In this document: positions 20,504 to 30,108 of the stretch, in pieces
How positions within the stretch are numbered: position 1 is the stretch's first letter
How the letters are laid out: each line of letters begins with the position of its first letter
From: Clostridiales bacterium
Lineage (GTDB): Bacteria; Bacillota; Clostridia; Peptostreptococcales; Anaerovoracaceae
Direction: 5' to 3'
NCBI GenBank assembly: GCA_012838265.1
Contig: DUPP01000110.1
Location: 1 to 52,223, forward strand
Length of the DNA: 52,223 bases
Made by a program: the position numbers and the translations under genes
The notes under the pieces: generated by a model
What the model was told of the DNA's origin: nothing
The model's input: only the letters and a program-made list of their open reading frames with translations
Database searches by the model: none

Positions 20504-20890
20504 ATGGTAATTAAACAATTATCTGTTTTTCTCCAAAACGAGCAGGGTAGGCTAGAGGAAGTAACAGGCATTCTTTATAAAAATGGTATCAATATTTCCG
20601 CTTTAAGCATCGCTGAAACTGAAGAATATGGAATTTTGAGAATGATCGTAAGTGATATTGATAAGGCATCTGCCGCCCTCAGGAATGAGGACTTCTCCGT
20701 AAAGATTTCTGATGTTATCTGTATTGAAACCCCTGATATCCCAGGTGAGCTTCATAAATACATTCAGATCCTTTCAAGGGCGGGAATAAATCTATCCTAC
20801 ATGTACGGTTATTCTGACGCTGGAACAGCGCGGCTGATCATGAAAGTAAGTGATCCGGAAAAGGCGTTGGAATTATTAAAATTAAAATAG
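20504..20890 (+). CDS. Tandem ACT-domain amino-acid-binding protein
   Basis: IKQLSVFLQNEQGRL...INISALSIAETEEYGILRMIV, D.PG.L, YMYG; usual paaK partner. Confidence 0.88.
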   Translation: MVIKQLSVFLQNEQGRLEEVTGILYKNGINISALSIAETEEYGILRMIVSDIDKASAALRNEDFSVKISDVICIETPDIPGELHKYIQILSRAGINLSYMYGYSDAGTARLIMKVSDPEKALELLKLK

Positions 20891-20958
20891 GTAATAATGT
20901 ATACCTGGCTGCTCTGACAATCCTTTTATGGAGTTTGCCCATTTATGCTTAATACACG

Positions 20959-20995
20959 TAAAAGGCAATATGATAAAATATTGCCTTTTATTTTT
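20959..20995. terminator. Bidirectional intrinsic terminator
   Basis: TAAAAGGCAATAT-GATAAA-ATATTGCCTTTTA-TTTTT between convergent genes. Confidence 0.8.
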
Positions 20996-20999
20996 AGCT

Positions 21000-21055
21000 G
21001 TGACTTCGCGGCTTTGAGTGACTTTGCGTGACTTCGCGACTTTGAGTGACTTTGC
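21000..21055. repeat. 28-bp tandem duplication built from GTGACTT(T/C)G subunits
   Basis: GTGACTTCGCGGCTTTGAGTGACTTTGC / GTGACTTCGCGACTTTGAGTGACTTTGC (1 mismatch). Confidence 0.9.
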
Positions 21056-21090
21056 TGTATCTTCCTTTTGTTATCCTTTGCCGCAGTTAG

Positions 21091-21339
21091 TTATTTTGCT
21101 TGTAATCCATTTAAAATGCTAGTTAAAGCTTTGATCTCATCCTCAGCCATTGTAATGCCCTTACTCATATGAGAATGATCTTCATTCCATTCTCGGAGGT
21201 CATACTTAGCAGTATGCCCATTCCAGGAAACCAAGTTAAGCTCTTTTTTCCAACCTGTAGGTGAAACATTTATTACGCCAAAATGCTCTTCAATTTCAAA
21301 TGTGATTTCCCGATCCTTGTCTTTTTCTTTTCCCGTCAT
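21091..21339 (-). CDS. ydbC: YdbC/PC4-family ssDNA-binding protein
   Basis: FEIEEHFGVI...GWKKELNLVSWNG..KYDLREW...MSKGIT; start moved to ATG 21339 behind AAAGGA; TTGACA-N17-TAATAT at 21453-21425. Confidence 0.88.
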   Translation of the reverse strand: MTGKEKDKDREITFEIEEHFGVINVSPTGWKKELNLVSWNGHTAKYDLREWNEDHSHMSKGITMAEDEIKALTSILNGLQAK

Positions 21340-21471
21340 TAGTTTATTCCTTTCTTTTATAAATGTATTCCAAAACACCCCTTTTAATGCCCATAGCGCT
21401 ACACGCGTCATGTTTTGTAGGTTAATATTACTATATTTGGAATATAATGTCAATAGGAGTTTTATTTAAAC

Positions 21472-21498
21472 CGAGCATTCCTGGCGGGAAGATGCTCG
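21472..21498 (-). terminator. Hairpin after gcv-lpdA operon
   Basis: CGAGCAT...ATGCTCG stem, followed by GTTTAAAT on the - strand. Confidence 0.5.
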
Positions 21499-21511
21499 AT
21501 CTTTCTTTGAT

Positions 21512-22930
21512 CTATTTTTTTTTAGGTAAGATATGAATTGCTTCACCTTTTGCACTCATTACCGCCTCCCAAAAAGCTTCTGCCAAAGTTGGATGTGCGT
21601 GGACTGTTTCTCCGATTTGTTTAATAGACATCCCGTGCGAAATGGCTAAAGCCGCCTCATGAATAAGATCGCTTGCATGGGGACCTATGATGTGAACACC
21701 AAACAGCTTATGAGTGACTCTTTCTGCTATGACTTTAATGAAACCATCTGTTTCTTCCAGTGTCATAGCCTTTCCATTACCCGCAAAGACTGCTTTACCA
21801 ACAATATAATCCAGGCCCCTTTCCTTCGCCGCTTCTTCTGTTAATCCAACGACTGCTACTTCCGGGAATGAAAACACACAAGAAGGTATGGCATCATAAT
21901 CTATTGAGCTTTTTATACCGTAAATATTCTCAACACAGACCTTTCCTTCTTCTGATGCCACGTGCGCCAACATCTGCCCACCGATAACATCACCTATGGC
22001 ATAAACACCCTTTGCGGTAGTTTGATAATTTGAATTTACTATTATTCCTTTGTTGTTATATTCAACCCCTGCTGATTCTAGATTAAGCCCTGCAATGTTG
22101 GGAGTTCTGCCAGTCGCCACCAACAATAGGTCGCATAAGTATTCTTTAACTCCTTTTTCTGTTTCTGTGATAATTTTAAGTCCGTCTCTGACTTCCACGA
22201 CCTCATTTACTTTAACTCCTATGTCAAATCCTATTTTTTTTCTTTTAAAGAACACACTAAGCCTTTTTGAGACCTCTTCATCGAGGCTTCGAATCAGCCG
22301 CGGTCTGTATTTAATTATTGTAACTTCTGTTCCGAAGGAGGCAAAAATGCTGGCAAATTCAACTCCAATCACGCCGCCTCCGTAAATTACCATTTTCTTT
22401 GGCACATAATCAAGATTCAAGGCTTCATCGCTGGATATGACTTTTGGTGAGTCCATACCAGGTTCCGTCATATTAGGAGAAACCGAGCCTGTAGCAATGA
22501 TTATATTTTCTGCTTTAATTGTAACAGCTGCACCTTCAGGTTGTACAACTTCAAGAATATTTTTATTTATAAACCTGGCTTCACCTTTTATTACCTCTAT
22601 TTTATTTGCCTTTATGAGTTGTTCTGTCCCGGTTCGTATCTGGTTTACTATGTTATTTTTACGTTCTTGCACGCTGGTCATATCAAAGCTGTACCCTGAT
22701 AATTGAATACCAAACTTGTTCATACCAGATAGCGAATTTAGTACCTCAGCATTCTTGTACATGGCTTTAGTGGGTATGCACCCGCGATTTAAGCATGTAC
22801 CTCCAATTTTATCTTTTTCTATAATCGTAGCTCGTATGCCTACTTGAGCAGCCCTTATTGCTGCCACATACCCGCCGGGACCTCCCCCTATGATTACCAA
22901 GTTCCTTTCCATCAAATTTGTCTCAATCAT
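21512..22930 (-). CDS. lpdA: Dihydrolipoyl dehydrogenase (glycine cleavage L protein)
   Basis: [42 protein letters not shown]. Confidence 0.95.
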   Translation of the reverse strand: MIETNLMERNLVIIGGGPGGYVAAIRAAQVGIRATIIEKDKIGGTCLNRGCIPTKAMYKNAEVLNSLSGMNKFGIQLSGYSFDMTSVQERKNNIVNQIRTGTEQLIKANKIEVIKGEARFINKNILEVVQPEGAAVTIKAENIIIATGSVSPNMTEPGMDSPKVISSDEALNLDYVPKKMVIYGGGVIGVEFASIFASFGTEVTIIKYRPRLIRSLDEEVSKRLSVFFKRKKIGFDIGVKVNEVVEVRDGLKIITETEKGVKEYLCDLLLVATGRTPNIAGLNLESAGVEYNNKGIIVNSNYQTTAKGVYAIGDVIGGQMLAHVASEEGKVCVENIYGIKSSIDYDAIPSCVFSFPEVAVVGLTEEAAKERGLDYIVGKAVFAGNGKAMTLEETDGFIKVIAERVTHKLFGVHIIGPHASDLIHEAALAISHGMSIKQIGETVHAHPTLAEAFWEAVMSAKGEAIHILPKKK

Positions 22931-24389
22931 TTTCCGAGTCCTTTTTCCACCTTAATACAGGTTTTCTCGCCGCCAAAGCTTCATCAAGACGCGATACAAC
23001 TGTCGTGTAAGGCGCCCCTTTTACCATTTCTGGATCCGTTTCCGCTTCACGAGCAATTGTTCGCATTGCCTCGATAAATTCATCCAGAGTTTCAAGGCTT
23101 TCACATTCCGTCGGTTCCACCATAAGTGCTTCAGAAACTATAAGCGGGAAGTAGACCGTCGGCGGATGATATCCAAAGTCCAATAACCTCTTTGCTATAT
23201 CTAAGGTCGACACACCCAATTTCATTTGACGAACACCCGAAAGTACGCATTCATGCATGCAAAGCCTTTTATATGGAAGATGATATACGTCTTTCAGCTT
23301 TGCCGCTATATAGTTTGCATTGAGAACTGCGGTCTCTGATACATTTTTCAAACCTTCTGCTCCCATGCTTAAAATATAGGCATAGGCTTTCACCATCACT
23401 CCGAAATTACCATAGAAAGCTTTTATTTTTCCGATTGAAAGTGGTCTGTCATAATCCAGATGATAATCCTGGTCTTTCTTTGTAATGACCGGAACAGGTA
23501 GAAATGGTGCTAGAAACTCTTTTACGCCAACTGGTCCTGAGCCGGGACCTCCGCCCCCATGAGGCGTACTGAAGGTTTTATGAAGATTCAAGTGTACGAC
23601 GTCAAATCCCATGTCACCGGGTCTTGCTATCCCCATAACAGCATTTAAGTTTGCTCCATCATAATATAGCAGTCCACCTTTTTCATGAACAATTTCAGCT
23701 ATTTCTAATATATTTTTTTCAAATAGTCCAAGTGTATTTGGATTAGTCAGCATTAGCCCAGCAACTTCTTCATTCATGATTTCTTTTAGACATTCGATAT
23801 CTACCTCACCGTTAGCATCAGACTTTACTTCAATCGTCTGAAAACCGGCAACTGCAGAAGATGCGGGATTTGTTCCATGAGCTGAATCGGGGACAATTAT
23901 TTTTGTTCTTTTAAAATCATTTCGATTATTGTGGTATGCCTTGATTATCATAAGGCCAGCTAATTCACCATGTGCACCAGCAGATGGCTGAAGTGAAACC
24001 TGGTCCATTCCCGTTATTTCAGCAAGCATTTCAGACAGGGAATACATCAATTCCAGAGCTCCCTGCGTTGAATTTTCATTCTGATACGGATGCAGCTTGC
24101 TAAATCCGTCAAGTCCGGCAACTACCTCGTTCATCTTCGGATTATATTTCATTGTACAGCTACCAAGGGGATAAAACCCTGAATCAACTCCATGATTACG
24201 AGTGGAGAGCTTAGTATAGTGTCGGACTGCATCCAATTCACTTACTTCTGGTAAATTGGGCGGAGTTGTTCTTAATAAATCCTTCCCTATTATCTGCGAT
24301 AAATCCTGTTTGGGCACATCACATTCAGGTAAGGAATATCCTTTTCTGCCCGGTTTGCTTATTTCAAAAATCAGGGGCGTTTCTTTCAT
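22923..24389 (-). CDS. gcvPB: Glycine dehydrogenase (decarboxylating) subunit 2
   Basis: [42 protein letters not shown] motif; start ATG 24389. Confidence 0.95.
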   Translation of the reverse strand: MKETPLIFEISKPGRKGYSLPECDVPKQDLSQIIGKDLLRTTPPNLPEVSELDAVRHYTKLSTRNHGVDSGFYPLGSCTMKYNPKMNEVVAGLDGFSKLHPYQNENSTQGALELMYSLSEMLAEITGMDQVSLQPSAGAHGELAGLMIIKAYHNNRNDFKRTKIIVPDSAHGTNPASSAVAGFQTIEVKSDANGEVDIECLKEIMNEEVAGLMLTNPNTLGLFEKNILEIAEIVHEKGGLLYYDGANLNAVMGIARPGDMGFDVVHLNLHKTFSTPHGGGGPGSGPVGVKEFLAPFLPVPVITKKDQDYHLDYDRPLSIGKIKAFYGNFGVMVKAYAYILSMGAEGLKNVSETAVLNANYIAAKLKDVYHLPYKRLCMHECVLSGVRQMKLGVSTLDIAKRLLDFGYHPPTVYFPLIVSEALMVEPTECESLETLDEFIEAMRTIAREAETDPEMVKGAPYTTVVSRLDEALAARKPVLRWKKDSEND

Positions 24390-24390
24390 A

Positions 24391-25728
24391 TTACTCCACC
24401 ACCTTTCTAACAAAATAGTCAATTTCGTCTTTGGTACGCTTTTCAGTAACGCTGATCAGCCATCCACCTTTTAGTGAAGGATAATCGTTTTCTAGAGCAT
24501 ACCCGCCAATAATTTTTTCTTCGAGTAGTCTGCTGTTTAATTCAGATATCTCCTTTTCACTTTTAACAGCAAATTCCTTAAAGAATGGTTTATCAAATAC
24601 CTGAGTGAACTTACCGGTCTTTAATAGCTGTTCATAAGTATAATGTGCCTTCTGAGCAGACAGCTCGGCAACTTCTCTAAGCCCCTCTTTTCCTAACAGG
24701 GTCATATACATAGCTGCGGCAAGCGCATTTAGCCCTTGGTTCGAGCATATATTTGAAGTGGCTTTTTCTCTCCTGATATGCTGTTCTCTGGTTTGCAATG
24801 TCAGCACAAAACCTCTTCGGCCTTCTTTATCCACAGTTTGTCCAACGATTCTTCCTGGCACTTTTCTCATCCATTTCTCTTTTGTCGCGAAAAATCCAAG
24901 GTACGGTCCTCCATAGCTTATCGGATTGCCTAGTCCTTGGCCTTCCCCAACAACAATATCAGCGCCGAGCTCTCCAGGACTCTTTAATAATGCCATCGAA
25001 ATTGGGTCGGCACTCACAATCAACAAGCTTTTATTGTTATGTGTTATTTCACTGGCAGAGACAATATCTTCTATAATCCCAAAAAAGTTTGGACTTTGCA
25101 TTAAAAATGCAGCAGTATCGTCATTTATTTTGTTTCTCAAATCATTAGGATCAATTTGGCCATCTATGCTGCTTACCTCTTTAACAGTAAAATTACGAAA
25201 CTTGGCATACGTCTTTAAAACTTGACGACTTTCAGGGTGGACATTTTCTGATATCAGTATTTCCGAACGTTTGGAAGTGGCTACAGCCATCATAGCTGCT
25301 TCCGTCAACGCTGTAGCGCCGTCGTATAAAGAAGCATTTGAAACATCCATTCCTGTCAGTTCACAAATCATTGACTGGTACTCAAAGATGGCCTGCAGTG
25401 TGCCTTGGCTAATTTCCGGCTGATAAGGAGTGTAGGCTGTGTAAAACTCTTGCCTGGAAAGCAGTTGGCCAATAGCAGCAGGTATAAAGTGATCATATGC
25501 TCCGGCACCTAGAAAACAGGTGTAGTGATCTAAGTCAGAATTTTTTTCCGCCATGCTTTTCAATTTTTTTATTACTTCCATCTCTGAGAGTGCTGGAGGA
25601 ATATTAAGCTTTCTGGCCAGGTATACCTTATCACTCACATCAGCAAAAAGATCCTTCATGGTTTTCACTCCGACTTCCTTCAACATGTGTTTACGGTCGG
25701 AATCTGTTATTCCCATATATCTTGTCAA
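24391..25728 (-). CDS. gcvPA: Glycine dehydrogenase (decarboxylating) subunit 1
   Basis: [40 protein letters not shown]. Confidence 0.95.
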   Translation of the reverse strand: MTRYMGITDSDRKHMLKEVGVKTMKDLFADVSDKVYLARKLNIPPALSEMEVIKKLKSMAEKNSDLDHYTCFLGAGAYDHFIPAAIGQLLSRQEFYTAYTPYQPEISQGTLQAIFEYQSMICELTGMDVSNASLYDGATALTEAAMMAVATSKRSEILISENVHPESRQVLKTYAKFRNFTVKEVSSIDGQIDPNDLRNKINDDTAAFLMQSPNFFGIIEDIVSASEITHNNKSLLIVSADPISMALLKSPGELGADIVVGEGQGLGNPISYGGPYLGFFATKEKWMRKVPGRIVGQTVDKEGRRGFVLTLQTREQHIRREKATSNICSNQGLNALAAAMYMTLLGKEGLREVAELSAQKAHYTYEQLLKTGKFTQVFDKPFFKEFAVKSEKEISELNSRLLEEKIIGGYALENDYPSLKGGWLISVTEKRTKDEIDYFVRKVVE

Positions 25729-26123
25729 TGTGCAGCCTCCTCATCTAATTTATCACATAGATCACGATATTCTGAAGGAGACATCAAGCGGTCAGTTTCA
25801 GCTGCTTCAGTCATTTCGATAATAACAAGCCAATTAGCATAGGCATCTTCGTTTAAAAGCGCTGGATTATCCAGAAGTTCTTCATTGATTTCTTCTATAG
25901 TACCCGTCACAGGTGAGTATACTTCAGAAACCGCTTTAACCGATTCCACTTCTGCAAATTGATCCCCTGCGCTGAACTCGTCACCGACTTCAGGGAGGTC
26001 CACAAACACGATCTGGCCCAGATGAATCTGTGCATAATCAGTCAATCCCACGTAACATTTAGTTCCTTCGACTTTTACCCATTCATGGGTCTTAGTATAC
26101 TTCAAATCATCTGCTATTATCAT
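25725..26123 (-). CDS. gcvH: Glycine cleavage system H protein
   Basis: YTKTHEWV, VESVKAVSEVYSP lipoyl-Lys motif. Confidence 0.95.
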   Translation of the reverse strand: MIIADDLKYTKTHEWVKVEGTKCYVGLTDYAQIHLGQIVFVDLPEVGDEFSAGDQFAEVESVKAVSEVYSPVTGTIEEINEELLDNPALLNEDAYANWLVIIEMTEAAETDRLMSPSEYRDLCDKLDEEAAH

Positions 26124-26176
26124 TTTACTTTTCCTTTCATTCTTAAATTAGATTTACTAAGTAATTCAGCAATAAC

Positions 26177-27271
26177 TTACTTTTTATATCTTTTCTCATA
26201 GAATGGTTTCTTTACTACCTTTGCCTTCACACGCTTTTTCCTAACAGCTACTTCAACAATTGTTCCCACTTCTGAAAATTCTATATTTAATAATGCTAGT
26301 CCAATATTCATATTTAAGGTCGGTGAATAGCTTCCGGTTGTGATGTGCCCAATTTTTTCATCTTCCGAGAAAACCTCATATCCCGTCCTTGGAATTCCCC
26401 TTTCTATCATCTCTAATGCACACAGCTTGCGTTTTAAGCCTTCTGATCTTTGCGCTGCAAGTGCCTCTTTTCCAATAAAATCATCTTTATTAAGCTTTAC
26501 AAAAAAACCTAGTCCTGCTTCAAGCGGGGTAATGTCTTTATCAATCTCATTTCCGTACAGAGGAAGGCATACCTCAAATCGCAAGGTATCTCTCGCGCCG
26601 AGACCAGCCGGTACTAATCCTTCATCTTTACCAGCTGTCATAATCTTATCCCACAGTATAGGGGCATCGCCTGAGGACACCAGTATTTCAAAACCGTCCT
26701 CTCCTGTATAGCCGTTTCGAGATATGAATGCCGGGATTCCCTCTATATTCACATTATCACAAAAATAAAAGAATTTTATCTCATTTAAATTCTTTTTGGT
26801 TATTTTCTGAAGGATTTTTTGAGCGGCCGGACCCTGCAAGGCAAGCAGTGCGTAATCATCAGATACATCTTTTAATTCTGTTTTTCCAAATAGATGAGAC
26901 TGAAGCCATTCGATGTCCTTTTGGGTATTTGAAGCGTTAACCACTAGTAAAAATTTTTCATTATCATATTTGTATATCAGTAAATCATCAACCACTCCTC
27001 CGTCTGGATAACACATAGGCGAATAGTAAATCTGACCTGAATCCATATCTGATATATCATTGGTTACCATCTTTTGAATAAACTTTTCAGCATCTTCGCC
27101 TAACACGATTATTTCTCCCATATGTGATACATCAAACAAGCCTGCCACATTTCTTACTGCTTCATGTTCAGGGATTATACCACTGTATTCCACTGGTAAT
27201 TCCCAGCCACCAAAATCGATCAACTTTCCTTTAAGTTCCATATGTTTTTCATATAAGGGTGTTTTTTTCAT
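26177..27271 (-). CDS. gcvT: Glycine cleavage aminomethyltransferase T
   Basis: KTPLY, FGGWELPVEY, FDVSHMG, GYTGEDGFE, GLGARDTLRFE. Confidence 0.96.
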   Translation of the reverse strand: MKKTPLYEKHMELKGKLIDFGGWELPVEYSGIIPEHEAVRNVAGLFDVSHMGEIIVLGEDAEKFIQKMVTNDISDMDSGQIYYSPMCYPDGGVVDDLLIYKYDNEKFLLVVNASNTQKDIEWLQSHLFGKTELKDVSDDYALLALQGPAAQKILQKITKKNLNEIKFFYFCDNVNIEGIPAFISRNGYTGEDGFEILVSSGDAPILWDKIMTAGKDEGLVPAGLGARDTLRFEVCLPLYGNEIDKDITPLEAGLGFFVKLNKDDFIGKEALAAQRSEGLKRKLCALEMIERGIPRTGYEVFSEDEKIGHITTGSYSPTLNMNIGLALLNIEFSEVGTIVEVAVRKKRVKAKVVKKPFYEKRYKK

Positions 27272-27353
27272 ACAATCTTGCCTCCTTGGTTCAGGTGTGG
27301 AAATTACAATATATTTAATTAAATTTTAGTATTTAAAGTTTAGATAGCTTTTT

Positions 27354-27507
27354 AAAATAAAAAAGGCAATGCTCCTGCTATTGCCTCTGTCTATTGACCA
27401 GGGAGATTCCGATCAATGAATCTGACTTATTTTAGCAGACTCTAGTTAGGTCTTACTAAAAACCTTACAAAGTATAGGTTTGTCCGAAGCACCTAATTAT
27501 TTTGCCC
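27354..27507 (-). promoter_or_regulatory. gcvT leader attenuator; degenerate glycine-riboswitch-like element
   Basis: - strand AATCTCCCTGGTCAATAGACAGAG resembles the aptamer 3' end (CTCTCAGG...GACAGAG) and overlaps terminator AGGCAATAGC-AGGA-GCATTGCCT-TTTTT; 5' aptamer motifs unclear. Confidence 0.4.
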
Positions 27508-27513
27508 GAAATC

Positions 27514-27543
27514 ATCATAACATTATTCAAAATGTTTAGTCAA
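27514..27543 (-). promoter_or_regulatory. sigmaA promoter of gcv operon
   Basis: TTGACT-N18-TATGAT with TGn extended -10. Confidence 0.6.
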
Positions 27544-27609
27544 TATTATTGGTTGTCATTTTTTTCATATCATTATTATATATCTTATACTCACCCCTAA
27601 GTGTTTTAA

Positions 27610-28242
27610 TTATAAGGAAAGATAATTAAGTAATTCCTTTGCAATATTATCGAGCGGTAATTGTTTAATAACCCCGCCCATATTGTACGCGGCCATAGGC
27701 ATACCATATACTACTGAAGATTTTTCGTCCTGTCCGATAGTAAAAGCACCTTTTTTCCTCATATTTAGTATCCCCTTTGCTCCATCAGATCCCATACCCG
27801 TTAGTATTATACCGACTGCCTTATCCCTTGCAACCTCAGCCACCGAATTAAATAGTACATCAACAGATGGGCAGTGACCATTCACTTTTTCTCCCCTGAA
27901 ACATTTCACGAAGTAACCCATGTTGCTCTTTGCAAGCCTCATATGATAATCTCCTGCTGCTATGAGAACTCTCCCGGGCTTAACTTCATCCCCATTTTTC
28001 GCCTCTTTGACTTCAAGCTCGCAAGAGTTGTTGAGCCGCTGTGCATATAGTTCTGTGAATACAGGAGGCATATGCTGTACTACGAGTATACCTGGCATTT
28101 CACGAGGAAGAGCAGCAATTATGCTGTGGATCGCCTCTGTTCCTCCAGTAGATGCTCCAATTGCTACCACTTTATCAGATATATCCGCATTAGATATTAA
28201 CCCTCCTGACCCCTGGTTTTCAGATTTTGAAACGAAATCCAC
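27610..28242 (-). CDS. cheB: CheB methylesterase domain only (receiver domain lost)
   Basis: VAIGASTGG, VQHMPP, HCPSVDVLF, LTGMGSDGA, VYGMP; 210 aa; GTG start overlaps the cheW stop. Confidence 0.8.
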   Translation of the reverse strand: MDFVSKSENQGSGGLISNADISDKVVAIGASTGGTEAIHSIIAALPREMPGILVVQHMPPVFTELYAQRLNNSCELEVKEAKNGDEVKPGRVLIAAGDYHMRLAKSNMGYFVKCFRGEKVNGHCPSVDVLFNSVAEVARDKAVGIILTGMGSDGAKGILNMRKKGAFTIGQDEKSSVVYGMPMAAYNMGGVIKQLPLDNIAKELLNYLSL

Positions 28243-28736
28243 TATCTTATACCCTCAATCATTTCCATTTCGTCATTTTTAAGCAGCTTTAGGCAATCAA
28301 GCAGTAACTGTACCTTTTCTCCTGCCTTGCCTATTCCTTTAATATATCTGTTTTCAAATCCTGTTTTACTGCCTGGAGGTGCTGCAATATCTTCATCATC
28401 TATAGTTAAAACCTCTTCAACGTTATCTACTATCAAACCAACTGATACCTCTAAAATATTTATAACAATAATACAAGTCCTGTCATCATATTCCATTGGT
28501 TTTTTTCCAAACTTAAGCCTGACATCGATTACTGGAATTATTTTGCCTCTTAAATTAATAATTCCTTTTACATAATCCGGAACCTCCGGAACTCTGGTTA
28601 TAGATTGGATTCCAATAATCTCCGTTACATATTTGATCTCGATTCCATATACCTCGTCTTCTAATGAAAAGGTCAGAAATCTTCCATGCTGCGTATCCTC
28701 TTCCATAGCATTTTTTTCATTATAAATCTCAGACAT
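28242..28736 (-). CDS. cheW: Chemotaxis coupling protein CheW
   Basis: FLTFSL..E.YGI.I..V.EI, VKGIINLRGKIIPVID, GLIVDNVEEV. Confidence 0.95.
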   Translation of the reverse strand: MSEIYNEKNAMEEDTQHGRFLTFSLEDEVYGIEIKYVTEIIGIQSITRVPEVPDYVKGIINLRGKIIPVIDVRLKFGKKPMEYDDRTCIIVINILEVSVGLIVDNVEEVLTIDDEDIAAPPGSKTGFENRYIKGIGKAGEKVQLLLDCLKLLKNDEMEMIEGIR

Positions 28737-28859
28737 TGATTTTTTCTCCTTTCAATGTGCACCATACCATTTTTATTTGACTAATAAGCAACTAAACAAC
28801 CAGATATTAAAAGTTATAGATATTAATAGTTTTATAGGCAATGTATAGTTATAAATATT

Positions 28860-28886
28860 ATATCGGATAAAAAAAAAGAAACTTAA
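28860..28886 (-). promoter_or_regulatory. sigma28 (FliA/SigD) promoter of cheW-cheB
   Basis: TTAA-N15-TCCGATAT, close to TAAA-N15-GCCGATAT. Confidence 0.65.
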
Positions 28887-28951
28887 GGCGACAATTCTGA
28901 CTCGTTTTTTATTTCTTTTTGCTGTATTTTGTTTCGAATAATATTGAATAT

Positions 28952-29443
28952 CTAGAATTCACACACATTTCTATTGAGGGATTGAACTCTCATGGTTCCT
29001 GTATCTAAACTAAAATATACAGTTCTTCCGAAATTAGATCCAACATCCTCAGCTACTATGGGAATTCTAAGAGCTTGCAGCGTCTTTTTTACACTGGAAA
29101 TATTTCTATGCCCAATATTTCCAATTTGACTCCCCTGCTGCATCTGAAACATTTGAGCTCCTCCAGCAATTTTTGCTACCAATCTAAACCTGTTTGCTCC
29201 CATCGCTACCAGGTCCTTCACCAAATCCTGAATTGCAGTATCTGCAAATTTCTTCCTATTTATATTATCTGTTTTAGGAAACATGTTACTATTAGGCAGC
29301 ATTATATGGGATAATCCTCCAATTTTGGTCTGATTATCATAGAGACAAATGCCGACACATGAACCAAGTGCATACGTCACTATTACATTTGGATGCCTGC
29401 TAAGCTTGTAATCAGAAATGCCAACGATAAGTAATTTACTCAT
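28952..29443 (-). CDS. cheD: Chemoreceptor glutamine deamidase CheD
   Basis: TYALGSCVGICLYD, GGLSHIMLP, AKIAGGAQMF, EDVG...GRT. Confidence 0.95.
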   Translation of the reverse strand: MSKLLIVGISDYKLSRHPNVIVTYALGSCVGICLYDNQTKIGGLSHIMLPNSNMFPKTDNINRKKFADTAIQDLVKDLVAMGANRFRLVAKIAGGAQMFQMQQGSQIGNIGHRNISSVKKTLQALRIPIVAEDVGSNFGRTVYFSLDTGTMRVQSLNRNVCEF

Positions 29444-30060
29444 ATTTTGATTCCTAATCTTTCCATAATTATTTTTAATGTCTCAATCTCAGCAAACATA
29501 ATAATATTACTTGTCAAATTGTTTTCTTCCACTGAAAAGCACTCCTCAATAAACATAACTTTATCTCCAATGGAACCGAATTCAATAATTGGAACACTCA
29601 TAAGCGCACCCGCCATATCTATTGCCATATATGGGACAGAAATGCGGATTTCAAGCCCTGTTAACAATGAAATTGAATTAATATAAGAAGACGCTAAAAT
29701 ATTACCTATCTCCTTTATTGCAGAGAGTTTTAATTCGCTTAGTTGGCCTTCCGCCTCATCGTCTTCCTGCATAAGTATGCTCATGATTGCTGATGCATCA
29801 TTCATATTGAGCAGAAACATAATCATTCCATTTGCATCCCCACAGAAGTTTACCAGTACGCCAACCGTCATTGTTTCCGCTCCGCCCAAAGCATTCACCG
29901 CAGTATCAAACTCAGTAATACGTACCTTTGGAAGGCTGATTCCAACTTTCTCGTTCAAAATATCAGCCAGTGCGGATGCTGCATTGCCTGCACCGATATT
30001 TCCTATTTCTCTTAATACGTCTATATGCATATCATTAAGTTCATCATAATTATTAATCAA
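29440..30060 (-). CDS. cheC: CheY-P phosphatase CheC
   Basis: Two E-x2-N motifs (REIGNIGAGNAA, KEIGNILASSY); TTG 30060 behind GGGGTG preferred over ATG 30108. Confidence 0.92.
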   Translation of the reverse strand: MINNYDELNDMHIDVLREIGNIGAGNAASALADILNEKVGISLPKVRITEFDTAVNALGGAETMTVGVLVNFCGDANGMIMFLLNMNDASAIMSILMQEDDEAEGQLSELKLSAIKEIGNILASSYINSISLLTGLEIRISVPYMAIDMAGALMSVPIIEFGSIGDKVMFIEECFSVEENNLTSNIIMFAEIETLKIIMERLGIKI

Positions 30061-30108
30061 ATACTCACCCCGTTTTATGTTATCTTGGTACAGATTTTCA
30101 CCACTCAT

